From NCBI GenBank assembly GCA_002104905.1, contig MCFE01000362.1, positions 1-64,000 on the forward strand: a stretch of 64,000 nt of DNA, given 5' to 3'. Positions 35,072-47,899 of the stretch are shown here, piece by piece. Numbering within the stretch: the first letter of the stretch is position 1; every line of letters begins with the position of its first letter. This DNA comes from Basidiobolus meristosporus CBS 931.73. Lineage: Eukaryota; Fungi; Basidiobolomycota. The notes beneath the pieces are model-generated. The model did no database searches, was not told the origin of the DNA, and saw nothing but the letters and a program-made list of their open reading frames with translations. The position numbers and the translations under genes were made by a program.

Positions 35072-36559
35072 CTATGGGAGTTTCTCAGAGTTCTAAAGCC
35101 TTGATTGCCATTCTAAGTGCGCCATCTTTCGATTTGTTGCCGCCGATGAAGCCGCTGTGGTGCACAAACACGCAATCCTACACACGTTCGTTAGTGGGAC
35201 AGGCCGTCCAAACGTCCAACAATCAACTGACCTCAATCTGTGCTCTTTCGGACAATTCACTGTCGCGATATCCGCGCCAAGCTTCAGGGAGTGGGCGGCG
35301 TGACTCGAACGAATTGGGGGAGACTGGCACAGCCTGGATTCTATAGGAGCTGTCGCGGCCGTCGGGGAATAATACGTAGATGGTCTTGTCCTCAATGCTT
35401 TTTTCCTTTTCGATTTCGAACAAGTGCTCCTAGAGAGACAGCGTTTACAACTTCGTCTTGTTATTGGGGATTCATGTGGTCACCAACCTTCCAGGGACAT
35501 GGGCTATCCAGGATCAATATTTGGCCGCTATTATGAATTTCGTAGCGGCTGTCGACTGCTTTGACAACGATGTCTCGAGCTGGAAGCCAAGCAAACCCAA
35601 GGAATCTCAGCCTGTCAAGAAATTCGGACCCCGCCAACTCCATAGCTTGCTCAAAACGTGCCTAGTATGGAATTCATAAGTTTGGAAGCCCAAGCGGGTG
35701 GATGAGTTGTAATTGTCACTTTACATCAAGGTCAACGTCAGTTTGGTTCCACCAGGGGTTCAAGCGGCCAACACGGGCAGCAAGTCCGGTTTTTTCTTCG
35801 TATTTTGGCTCGACCTCTTGTGGGTATTGCGATATGCCATTGTCAATTCCATCCAACGCTTCCACAAAATCCTGATGATAATTAATCATCGTCCTGTAAG
35901 CACTCTGTGTATACCACTACTCGACCAACCTTATACATTTTCTGATACAAGATCTCTACTTTCGGATCGTCTTTGGGAAGTTCAAGCTGCTTGGCAATGA
36001 TCTCCTTTCCAAAATGTCTGCAGTGTAGGGATAAGTTTCATGCTTTGTTGAGAGAGTTTGCGGGAACCTACTTGTATACCAAACCGGCGCTGCTTAATTT
36101 CGTCTTGTATTCATTGGAGAAAAACTCCAAAAATCCACGCTAAATGGACGAAGGAGGTAAACATAAACACGCCACTTTAACAAGCTGCGAAAAGAGCAGA
36201 CCTGGTGGTGATCAAAGCGAAGTTCTTCGGGTTTGTACACGCCACCAACATCGATGACGGCGTCGCACTCAGCGAGCAACTTCTCGTCACGTGTGCGAAG
36301 GATCTCTGCAAAGGGTAAGTCAAAGCTGGTGCGAAAACCTCTACGACGAAAACCTACTAGCATCCTGGAAGCCCTCGGTGAGCTTGATCAAATAAAGCGC
36401 CAACGCCTCATCACTAAAACAGTTAGGCTACGGCAAGCATCCCAAAAAAACAAAAGAAAAGTACCAGTGGAAAGTGCCGCTATGCGTTCCGATAGTCTGC
36501 AAAAACCTGGTTAACGCGAGAATTTTCGCAGTTTACTTGACACTACTTACCTTTGCCAT
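35072..36559 (-). CDS. MYG1: MYG1 3'-5' RNA exonuclease (DHH-like), about 10 exons
   Basis: IGTHSGTFH|[37 protein letters not shown]|[39 protein letters not shown]. Confidence 0.96.
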
Positions 36560-36744
36560 GGTTACTACGGAGAATGACTGGATGCAATGGGATCATGCAC
36601 TGCGATTTTGTAGGGAATTGAGATGATTTTTTTTGTTTTTTAGTGGCGCATTCTGATTTATGATACTCAAATTACTGCACTCCCTGACACAATGCCCATG
36701 ATCTTCTAATCATCCCTCTCCTTCTTGTCAATCAAAACCCCTCA

Positions 36745-37259
36745 AAATTTGTGAGATCCTGTAGCATCAAGTCTTGCATTATATCTTTCAACTGTACCAT
36801 CAGCCTTATATCTTGTCTTGAAGACCCATCTGCATCCAATTGACTTTTGGTTGATTGGTGATTTGACAAAGTCCCAAGTTTGATTTTCCATCAGGGCCTG
36901 ATACTCCTCACTCATTGCCAATCTCCAAATCTTTGTCTGGGGGCCATGCAGGGCCTCTTTTACAGCCTGGGGCTCATCAATATGGACTGAATAGGCATAG
37001 GCTAAGTTTGTACCCTTATTTATATAGTAATCAGCACTTTTTCTAAACAGGTTGGATCTCCTGGTTTGTGATACCAGAATGATCATTTCTTGGATATTCT
37101 TGGGCACTTATTCAGGCTGAACCATGATTGTAGAGTCCTATGGAGTGAAAAAATTCTTGTTGCTTTGCTCCATTTCAACCCTGACTGTTGATGGACTTGA
37201 GACTGGATCATCATCATCATCTAATGTCACTTTTTGTGAAATTTTGAGCTCCATCAAAC
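36745..37259 (-). mobile_element. Host Ty1/copia element X, left fragment (integrase-RT linker and start of RT), interrupted by a nested insertion
   Basis: EPQAVKEAL..W.LAMSEEY..LMENQTW..IGCRWVFK; abuts LTR1 with CAAAC at 37255-37259. Confidence 0.85.
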
Positions 37260-40200
37260 TGTTGTAAGAGTCTTGGAGATATTGGAAGTGATTAGGAGAA
37301 CAAGTAGATTATGTGGTTTTCACTTAATGATTTATTGAATGTAAAAGTAGTATTTATACTTTTACCTGGTCTTGGCATTACAAACACATGTAGAATAGGT
37401 TAAGGAAGGTCCCAAGAACATGTGTGCAAAGTTTGGGGCTGTTTGGACAACTTTGAGAATTTTCATGCTCTGGGTACCTGGTATTTTGGTGAAAATATTC
37501 TAAGTAAATCCCAACAAGGAATTTGGTCAGTATTCTCTAGGATATGAAGGTAATGATCTAAGTGACTAAGTTAGGTAAATATTTAGGTGGAAATACAAAT
37601 TTTTACAACACTCCCACTCAGCTAAATGTTCATACTGACTAGTCCTAATTTTGACCTAAAATATTCAAACTTGTCTCTAGCTCAATGGTTTGGTAAATAT
37701 GTCTGCAATCATTCCATCTGTAGGACAGTAAACTAAGCTAACTAATTTATTCTCTATAGCTTCACGTATGAAATGATGTCAAATATCTATGTGCTTGGTT
37801 CTAGCATGAAAAGTTGGATTTCTACCTAATTGTATACATCCTTGATTATCTTGAAATAAAGTAATAGGCATTTTATGACATAGGCCTAAATCTGTAAAAA
37901 GCTTTCTTAACCACATTGCTTCTTTTGTAGCTTCACAGGCTGCCTTATAATCTGCCTCTGTGGTAGAAAGTGCTACAGTTGGTTGCTTTCTTCAGTTCCA
38001 TGAAATTGCTCCTTTGCAGTAAAGAAAGGTGTATCTTGTGGTGGATCTTCTGTCTTCCAAATTTTGTCCCCAATCAGCATCAGAGTATCCCACAAGATCC
38101 TCTTCTGAATCCTTATAAGTGTATCTTAAGCAGATATCAGCAGTTCCTTTTAGGTATCTAAAAATCTGCTTAACTGCTGCAATATGATCAGATCCATAGT
38201 ACTGATTATGTTGGCTGACAACTCCCACTGAATATGAGATATCTGGACGTGTTTCAAGCATGGTATACATCAGACTGCCTACCATAGATTGCTAAGGAAA
38301 GTCAGGGCTTTCAGATGGCACCAGGCTCTCTCAATTTGGTTGAGTTTTGACCAAGTTAAGGTTTGTCTCCATTGGGGTAGCTGCCGGTTTACAGTCTTGC
38401 ATTTGGCACTTCTTTAGTATATCTTGAATATACTTGGATTGGCTTAGGGTGATAGTCTGGGTACTTCTGTCTATGGAGAACTTAATTGCCTAAGTAGTAT
38501 TAAGTTCTCCTAGATTGGACATCTTGAACTCCTTAGATAGGCTGGATTTTGTCTATTCCAATGTTTCTAGGTTATTGGTGGCTACAATAAGATCATCCAC
38601 ATATAGAGCTAATAGAACTGGATTTGCTCTATCTGGCTTATAGTATATACTATAGTCAGCATTACTCCTTTTGAAACTCAAAGATTCCAAATAAGAATCT
38701 ATCTTGCAATTCCAGGCTCTTGGTGATAGTTTGAGACCATATAGTGACTTTTTAAGCTTGCAGACCAAATGGGATTTTCTTGGTAAACAAACCCATCAGG
38801 CTGGTCCATATACATGTCCTCATCAAGTTCTCCATTCAAAAATGCAGCTTTTACATCCATTTGATGAATAAAAACTTATATTTGGCTGCAATAGCCAATA
38901 TTAATCTGATGGAATTAAACTTGGCTACCGGTGCAAAGGTCTCAGTATAGTCAAGTCCTTTTGTTTGAGAGTAATCCTTGGGCTACAAGTCTTGCTTTGT
39001 ATCTTTCGATTGTACCATTAGCCTTGTATTTTGTCTTGAAGACCCATCTGCATCCAATTGATTTTCCATCAGGGTCTGATATTCCTTAGTCATTGCAGGT
39101 CTCCAAAACTTTGTCTGAGGGCTATTTAGGGCCTCTTTTACAGTCTGGGGTTCATCAATATGGACTGAATAGGCATAGGCTAAGTTTGTACCCTCATTGA
39201 TATAGTAATTTGGGCTATTTCTTGTCCAATTGGATCTCTGGCATTTGATTCTGGAATGATCACTTCTGGGATATTCCTTGGCACTGATTCTGGCTGAACC
39301 ATGGTTGTAGAGTCCTCTGGAGTGAAAAAACTTCATTGTTTTGCTCTGATTCAATCCTGACAATTGGTGGATTTGAGATCAGATTTTTGTCATCTTCCAA
39401 TGTAATTTTTTGTGAGAATTTTAAATTTTCATCAAACAACACATCCATGGACTTGCTTAGCTTCTTTGCCTTGGGATTGTAGAGTCTGTATGCTTTACTC
39501 TCATTGTAGTAGTCCAAAAATATGATTTTACACTTTTTGGCTCAAATTTTGACTGATTTCCAGGCAGTTTCTTGACATATGCTCTACACCCAAATATTCT
39601 TAGATGTTCTGCACTTGGTCTATATCCATACCATGCTTCAAATGGAGTAGAATCACAAAGTATTCTGTTATAGCTCCTATTTTTAAGGTATACAGCAGTG
39701 GCAACTGATTCCACCCAAAAATCATAGGATATTTTTTGATTGTGGATCATCAATCTTGCCATATCAATTATTGATCTGTTATCATGTTCTGCTACTCCAT
39801 TTTGCTGTGGGGAGTATGGTACAGCAGTCTCTTGCTTTATCCCATGAATTTTGCAGAAGTGGATGAAGAGTTTTGAGGTATATTTTCCACCATTGTCAGA
39901 GTGTATTTTCTTGATTTTTTCACCAGTTTCTCTCTCCACCATGGCTTTAAACTCCCTGAACTTAGACAGAACTTCTTCCTTTCTCTCCATGAAGTAGACC
40001 CATGTGTATCTTGTATAATCATCAGTAAAAGTGATTAAATACTTCATCCCGCCTAAGGATATATTTTGCATAGGTTCACACAGATCTGAGTTGAATTAGA
40101 TCTAATTTTTGCTTAGTTTTGATTAGCCCAGAGCTCTTGAACGGTTGTCTGGCATGTTTCCCATATATTGCAGCCTGCACAGTGCTCCAAATTAGCTGGG

Positions 40201-41914
40201 GGATCAATTTTCACTCCAGAAATTAGCTGATCTTTGATCATTTTACGCAAATAATCAAAACTGATGTGTCCAAATCTCCTAAGCCAAAGCATTGGTGTTT
40301 CTTCATTTAAGCTTACTTATATTGGCTTCCAGATATGATGGAAGTATAAGTAAACTTGTATAGATTCTGATCTACTGATGCACAAAGCAATATGGGCACC
40401 ATTTTGCTCCAGTGATCCTGCATCCAGAATTGTCAAAACTGAAACTGAGTCCTTCTGCTGTGGCCTTGCTTACAGAGAGTAGGTTCATGGCTATTTCAGG
40501 TACATAGAGTACTTCTTTGAAAGGTCAGTGTATGGCTTCCTTCACTGCTTCTAAGGTTTACTTGATAATTCCTTTGCCCACTGCATCAAATGTTCTATTG
40601 TCACCCATGAAAACCTTCTTAATTGGAATTTCGTTGATATTGGGTAAAAAGTTCTTTTTGGTGTGTAAAGTGTTGAGAAGCTCCAGAGTCAGTATACAAC
40701 ATGTCTGAGAATCCTTGTTTGTGGTCATATTTAGTGCAGATATGAGTAGTCTATCTTGAGTTGTTGCAGCATTTCCATATTCAGGCTTCTTTTGCAGATT
40801 ATCTTTCTTTTTGAGACACCAGTCTGATGGGTGTCCTTTCCTTTTGCAGTAGTTACAAAACAGGTTGCTGTTGTCTTTGTAGGGTCTTGGGTACCTCCAT
40901 TGTTGGTTATCATTGCTGATCAAAGCATTTTCTTCTTCCTTCTTATCTGCACTTGATTTTCTTAATTCTTCATCCAGGAGCCTTCCATATACATAATTTA
41001 AGGTCAAATCTTCAGTTCTGGACTCTAGGGCTGATACAAGGCCCTGAAACCTGTCTGTCAGGCTATTCAGGATGGTAATTATCACAACCTCATCAGTAGT
41101 TGGTACACCCACAGATTCCATCTCATCTACCAGCATGGAGATTCTGCTAATTAGATTTTTCATTTCTTCTCCATGGCAGCATCTTTGTAGTAAAGAATCT
41201 TTGTCTCAGATACATTTTCTTGGCAGCTGAACATGACTGGTAGGTGTCTTCTGAATGCCTTCCAGGCATTTTTTGCCATTTTTGCTCTTGAGCATTGAAT
41301 TAGCAATTTGTCTTTAACATTAAGGCAAATGCAGTTAAAGGCATGTTGTTCATTCTTCTAGTACTTTAAGGCTTCCTCCCCCATATTTTTAGGAGGGCAT
41401 GCTTCTCCCATGACAATATCCAAAAGGCCTCTTTCTTGTAGCAGCATCTTTGTCTTCACCTTCCACACTTGGTAGTTAGATCCATCCAACTTTTCAGCAG
41501 AGAGAAAAATTCCAGTAATAGCAGTAGTACGCATAGCAGAGAGTGACAGCTTGGGGCTCATAACCTGTTGTAAGAGTCTTGGAGATATTGGAAGCAATTG
41601 GGAGAACAAGTAGATTATGTGGTGTTCACTCAATGATTAATTGAATGTAAAAGTAGTATCTATACTTTTACCTGGTCTTGGCATTACAAACACATAGAGT
41701 AGACTAAGGAAGGTCCCAAGAGCATGTGTGCAAAGTTTGGGGCTGTTTGGACAACTTTGAGAATTTTCATGTTCTGGGTACCTGGTATTTTGGTGAAAAT
41801 ATTCTAAGTAAATCCCAACAAGAAATTTAGTCAGTATTCTCTAGGATATGAAGGTAATGATCTAAGTGACTAAATTAGGTGAATATTTTGGTGGAAATAC
41901 AAATTTTTACAATA
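37260..41914 (-). mobile_element. Ty1/copia LTR retrotransposon copy A (decayed): LTR1 37260-37610, LTR2 41566-41914, PPT from 37611, PBS 41554-41565
   Basis: About 350-bp TG..CA/TA LTRs; PBS ggttatgagccc (minus strand); PPT agctgagtgggag. gag LDGSNY, CCHC knuckle CNYCKRKGHPSDWC, integrase [38 protein letters not shown], RNase H YSDADW. Confidence 0.96.
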
Positions 41915-42034
41915 CTATGGAGTGAAATTCTTGTTTTGTTGCTCTGTTTCAACCTTGACTATTGTTGGACTTGAGATTGGACCTTCATCATCATCTAATG
42001 TTGCTTTTTGTGATATTTTGAGCTTCCATTGAAC
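41915..42034 (-). repeat. 120-bp duplicate of host element X (copy of 37138-37259) between LTR2 and LTR3
   Basis: ctatggagtgaaa..ttcttg...catcatcatctaatg...ttttgagct.cca(t)tgaac followed by an LTR start, at the same junction as 37259/37260. Confidence 0.9.
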
Positions 42035-45000
42035 TGTTGTAAGAGTCTTGGAGATACTGGAAGTGATTGGGAGAACAAGTAGATTATGTGGTTTTCACTT
42101 GATGATTTATTGAATGTAAAATAGTATCTATACTTTTACCTGGTCTTGGCATTACAAACACATAGAGTAGACTAAGGAAGGTCCCAAGAACATGTGTGCA
42201 AAGTTTGGGGCTGTTTGGACAACTTTGAGAACTTTCATGTTCTGGGTACCTGGTATTTTGGTGAAAATATTCTAAAGTAAATCCCAACAAGGAATTTGGT
42301 CAGTAATCTCTAGAGTATGAGGGTAATGATCTAAGTGACTAAGTTAGGTGAATATTTAGGTGGAATTACAAATTTTTACAACACTCCCACTCAGCTAAAT
42401 GTTCATACTGACTAGTCCTAACTTTGACCTAAAATATTCAAACTTGTCTCTAGCTAAATGTTTGGTAAATATGTCTGCAATCATTCCATCTGTAGGACAG
42501 TAAACTAAGCTAACTAAGTTATTCTCTATAGCTTCACATATGAAATGATGTCCAATATCTATGTGCTTGGTTCTAGCATGAAAAGTTGGATTTCTACCTA
42601 ATTGTATACATCCTTGATTATCTTGAAATAAAGTAATAGGCATTTTTTGACATAGGCCTAAATCTGTAAAAAGCTTTCTTAACCACATTGCTTCTTTTGT
42701 AGCTTCACAGGCTGCCATATACTCTGCCTCTGTGGTAGAAAGTGCTACAGTTGGTTGCTTTCTTCAGTTCCATGAAATTGCTCCTTTGCAGTAAAGAAAG
42801 GTGTATCCTGTGGTGGGTCTTCTGTCTTGCAAATTTTGTCCCCAATCAGCATCAGAGTATCCCACAAGATCCTGTTCTGAATCCTTATAATTGTATCTTA
42901 AGCAGATATCAGCAGTTCCTTTTAGGTATCTAAAAATCTGCTTAACTGCTGTAATATGATCAGATCCATAGTTCTGATTATGTTGGCTGACAACTCCCAC
43001 TGAATATGAGATATCTGGACGTGTTTCAAGCATAGTATACATCAGACTGCCTATCATAGATTGCTAAGGAAAGTCAGGGCTTTCAGATGGCACCAAGCTC
43101 TCTTGATTTGGTTGAGCTTTGACCAAGCTAAGGTTTGTCTCCATTGGGGTAGCTGCTGGTTTACAGTCATCCATTTGGTGCTTCTTTAGTATATCTTGAA
43201 TATACTTGGATTGGCTTAGGGTAATAGTCTGGGTACTTCTGTCTATGGAGAACTTAATCCCTAAGTAGTAATTAAGTTCTCCTAGATTGGACATCTTGAA
43301 CTCCTTAGATAGGCTGGATTTTGTCTCTTCCAATGTTTCTAGGTTATTGGCAGCAATAATAAGATCATCCACATATAGAGCTAATAGAACTGGATTTGCT
43401 CTATCTGGCTTATAGTATATACTATAGTCAGCATTACTCCTTTTGAAACTCAAAGATTCCAAATAAGAATCTATCTTGCAATTCCAGGCTCTTGGTGATT
43501 GTTTGAGACCATATAGTGACTTTTTAAGCTTGCAGACCAAATGGGGGTTATCTTGGTCAGCAAACCCATCAAGCTGGTTCATATACACGTCCTCATCAAG
43601 TTCTCAATTCAAAAATGCAGTTTTTACATCCATTATGATGAATAAAAACTTATATTTGGCTGTAATGGCCAATATTAATCTGATGGATTTAAACTTGGCT
43701 ACTAGTGCAAAGGTCTTGGTATAGTCAAGTCCTTTAGTTTGAGAGTATCCTTGGGCTACAACTCTTGCTTTGTATCTTTCAATTGTACCATTAGCCTTGT
43801 ATTTTGTCTTGAAGACCCATCTGCATCCAATTGATTTACAGTTGATTGGTAATTTGACTAAGTCCCCAGTTTGATTTTCCATCAGGGTCTGATATTCCTC
43901 AGTCATTGCAGATCTCCAAAACTTTATCTGAGGGCTATTTAGGGCCTCTTTTACAGTCTGGGGTTCATCAACATGGACTGAATAGGCATAGGCTAAGTTT
44001 GTACCCTCATTGATATAGTAATTTGGGCTATTTCTTGTCCAATTGGATCTCTGGGCATTTGATTCTGGAATGATCACTTCTGGGATATTCCTTGGCACTG
44101 ATTCTGGCTGAACCATGGTTGTAGAGTCCTCTGGAGTGAAAAAACTTCATTATTTTGCTCTGATTCAATCCTGACAATTGGTGGGTTTGAGATCAGATTT
44201 TTGTCTTCTTCCAATGTCATTTTTTGCAGGAGTTTTGAATTTTCATCAAACAATGCATCCATGGACTTGATTAGCTTCTTTGCTTTGTTATTGTAGAGTC
44301 TGTATGCTTTACTCTCATTGCAGTGGCTCAAAAATATGTATTTTACACTTTTTGGCTCAGATTTGACTGATTTCCAGGCAGTTTCTTGACATATGCTGTA
44401 CACCCAAATATTCTTAGATGCTCTGCACTTGGTCTGTATCCATGCCATGCTTCAAATGGAGAAGAATCACAAAGTATTCTGCTATCACTCCTATTTTTAA
44501 GATATACAGCTGTGGCAACTGATTCCGCCCAAAAATCATAGGATAATTTTTGATTGTGGATCATAGATCTTGCCATATCAATTATTGATCTGTTGTCATG
44601 TTCTGCTACCCCATTTTGCTGTGGGCAGTATGGTACAGTAGTTTCTTGCTTTATCCCATGAATTTTACAGAAGTGGATGAAGAGTTCTGAGGTATATGTT
44701 CCACCATTGTCAGAGCGTATTTTCTTGATTTTTTCACCAGTTTCTCTCTCCAGCATGGCTTTAAGCTCCCTGAACTTAGACAGAGCTTCTTCCTTTCTCT
44801 CCATGAAGTAAACCCATGTGTGTCTTGTATAATCAGCAATAAAAGTGATGAAATACTTCATCACACCTAACAATAGACTTTGCATAGGTCCACACAGATC
44901 TGAGCGAATTAGATCTAATTTTTTCTTAGTTTTGATTAACCCAGAGCTCTTGAATGGTTGTCTGGCTTGTTTCCCATATATTCAGGCTTCACAGTGCTCC

Positions 45001-46661
45001 AAATTGGCAGGGGATCAATTTTTACTCCAGAAATTAGCTGATATTTGATCATTTTGCGCAAATAACCAAAATTGATGAGCCCAAATCTCCTGTGCCAAAG
45101 CATTAGTGTTTCTCAATTTAAGCTACTTATATTGGCTACCAAATATGATGAAATGTAGGTCAACTTGCATAGATTCTGATCTATGATACCCAAAGTAATA
45201 TGGGACCATTTTGATCAGTGATCTTGCATCCAGAATTGTCAAAGCTGAAACTGAGTTCTTCTGCAGTAGCCTTGCTTACAGATAGTAGGTTCTTGGCTAT
45301 ATCTGGTACATAGAGTACTTGTTTGAAAGTCAGTGTATGGCTTTGTTCACTGCTTCTGAGGTTTACTTGGATAGCTCCTTCTCCCACTGCATCAAGTGTT
45401 CTGTTATCACCCATGAAAACCTTGTTAATTGGAATTTCTTGATATTGGGTAAAAAGTTCTTTTTGGTATTTAAAGTGTTGAGATGCTCCAGAGTCAGTAT
45501 ACCACTTCTGAGAATCCTTGTTTGTGGTCATATTTAGTGCAGACATGAATAGTCTATCTTCAGTTGTTGCAGCATTTCCATATTCAGGCTTCTTTTGCTG
45601 ATTATCTTTCTTTTTGAGACACCTGGTCTGAAGTGTGTCCTTTCCTCCTTAGTTGACTATCATTGCTTATTAAAGCATTATCTTCTGCCTTCTTATTTGC
45701 ACTTGATTTTCTTAATTCTTCATCCAGGAGCCTTCCATATACATAATTTAAGGTCAAATCTTCAGTTCTGGACTCTAGGGCTGATACAAGGCCCTGAAAC
45801 CTGTCTTTCAGGCTATTCAGGATGGTAATTATCACAACCTCATCAGTAGTTGGTACACCCACAGATTCCATCTCATCAACCAGCAGGGAGATTCTGCTAA
45901 TTAGATTTTTCATTTCTTCTCCTGGCAGCATCTTTGTAGTAAAGAATCTTTGTCTCAGATATATTTTCTTAGCAGCTGAACATGACTGGTAGGTGTCTTC
46001 TAATGCTTTCCAGGCATTCTTTGCCATTTTGCTCTTGAGCATTGAATTAGCAATTTATCTTTAACATTAAGGCAAATGCAGTTAAAGGCATGTTGTCCAT
46101 TCTTCTGGTACTTTAAGGCTTCCTCCCCCACATTTTTAGGAGGGCATGCTTCTCCCATGACAATATCCCAAAGGCCTCTTTCTTGTAGCAGCATCTTCAT
46201 CTTCACCTTCCACACTAGGTAGTTAGATCCATCCAGCTTTTCAGCAGAGGGAAAAGTTCCAGTAGTAGCAGTAGTAGACATTGCAGAGAGTGACAGCTTG
46301 GGGCTCATAACCTGTTGTAAGAGTCTTGGTGATATTGGAAGTGATTGGGAGAACAAGTATATTATGTGGTGTTCACTTAATGATTAATTGAATGTAAAAG
46401 TAGTATCTATACTTTTACCTGGTCTTGGCATTACAAACACGTAAAATAGATTAAGGAAGGTCCCAAGAGCATATGTGCAAAGCTTGGGGCTGTTTGGACA
46501 ACTTGGAGAATTTTCATGTTCTGGTTACCTGGAATTTTGGTGAAAATATTTTAAGTAAATGCCAACAAGGAATTTGGTGAGTATTCTCTAGAGTTTGAGG
46601 GTAAAGATTTAGGTGACTAAGTTAGATGAATATTTAGGTGGAATTACAAATTTTTACAGCA
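42035..46661 (-). mobile_element. Ty1/copia LTR retrotransposon copy B (decayed): LTR3 42035-42383, LTR4 46313-46661, PBS 46301-46312
   Basis: Same family as copy A with the same gag-IN-RT-RH order and motifs ([36 protein letters not shown]). Part of the CCHC knuckle is deleted. Followed by CAAAC at 46662-46666. Confidence 0.96.
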
Positions 46662-47240
46662 CAAACAACATGTACATAGACTTGATCAACTGCTTTGCCT
46701 TGATATTGTAGAGTGTGTATATCTAACTTTTATTGCAGTAGCCTAAAAATATACATTTTATACTTTTTGGCTCAAAGTATGACTGATTTCCACACAGTTT
46801 CTTGCCATATGCTGTACACCCAAATATTCTTAGATATTCTGTACTTGTTCTGTATCCATTCCATGCCTCAAGTGGAGTAGAATCACAAAGTATTCTGCCA
46901 TAACTCTTATTTTTGAGATATAGAGCTGCAGCAACTGATTCTGCCTAGAAAATAATAGCATAATTTCTGATCAAGGATCACAGATCTTGCCTTATATGAT
47001 CTATTTGCATATTCTGCCACTCCATTTTTGCTGTGGGAAATATGGTACAGTAGCCTCTTGCTTTATCCCTTGAATTTTGCCAAAGTGATTGAAATGCTCC
47101 GGGGTATATTCTCCACCATTGTCAAAGCGTATTTCCTTGATTTTTCCCCAGTTTCTCTCTCCACCTTGGCTTTAAACTCCCTGAACTTAGACAGAGCTTC
47201 TTACTTTCTTCCCATGAAGTAGACCCAGGTGTATCTTGCA
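46662..47240 (-). mobile_element. Host Ty1/copia element X, right fragment (integrase core)
   Basis: Resumes X after the TSD (caaacaaca...). Colinear with the integrase region of A (39430-40020) and B. Confidence 0.85.
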
Positions 47241-47899
47241 AAGCCATTAATCAACGTGACTAAATAATCCCTATGAGAAAAAATTGTGATTATCCCAATG
47301 AAATGCTGTCAGAGTTAATATCCTGTGACTGAAGGGTATTTATGCCATTAAGACACCATGCAAAAGCTTTTAAAAAAAGCGCACCTCATATATCACAAAA
47401 AACTTGATCAAAATTCCTCACCGCAACAATAGCAATGTGGCTTTTGATTGGTTCTTAGCCAATTCTCTCACTTTCTGATCCTGGACACTCAGCCACCTCC
47501 AACAGTTGTGAACATTGATTGCCTAATGCCTCTATTTCACACCCTTACTTCCTGAGTTGGCCAATCCTCTTGCCTTACATGCATACAAATTGGTTTTTTT
47601 CTGTCAAATATCCAGTTGTTAATCAACTATAGATTTTACTAAACCCATAGAAGTCCCCATACCCAATACTAACATCAAGGTCAACCTCACACTTAACAAG
47701 TAACTCCATTAAGCTCTGCCATTCAATAAGTGCTTCCTCCATGATGTTCTTTGCCAATGACTTTGGTGGGTACCCTAGGAATCTGTGCCATTGTCCATTA
47801 GCCAGTTCCCACATATTCTGGTCTGCAGCCTTATGGTATGCCTGTTAATGTACAAAAGTTTTGCTGCAGGTATTATGATGGTTCTCTGATATTTGAACA

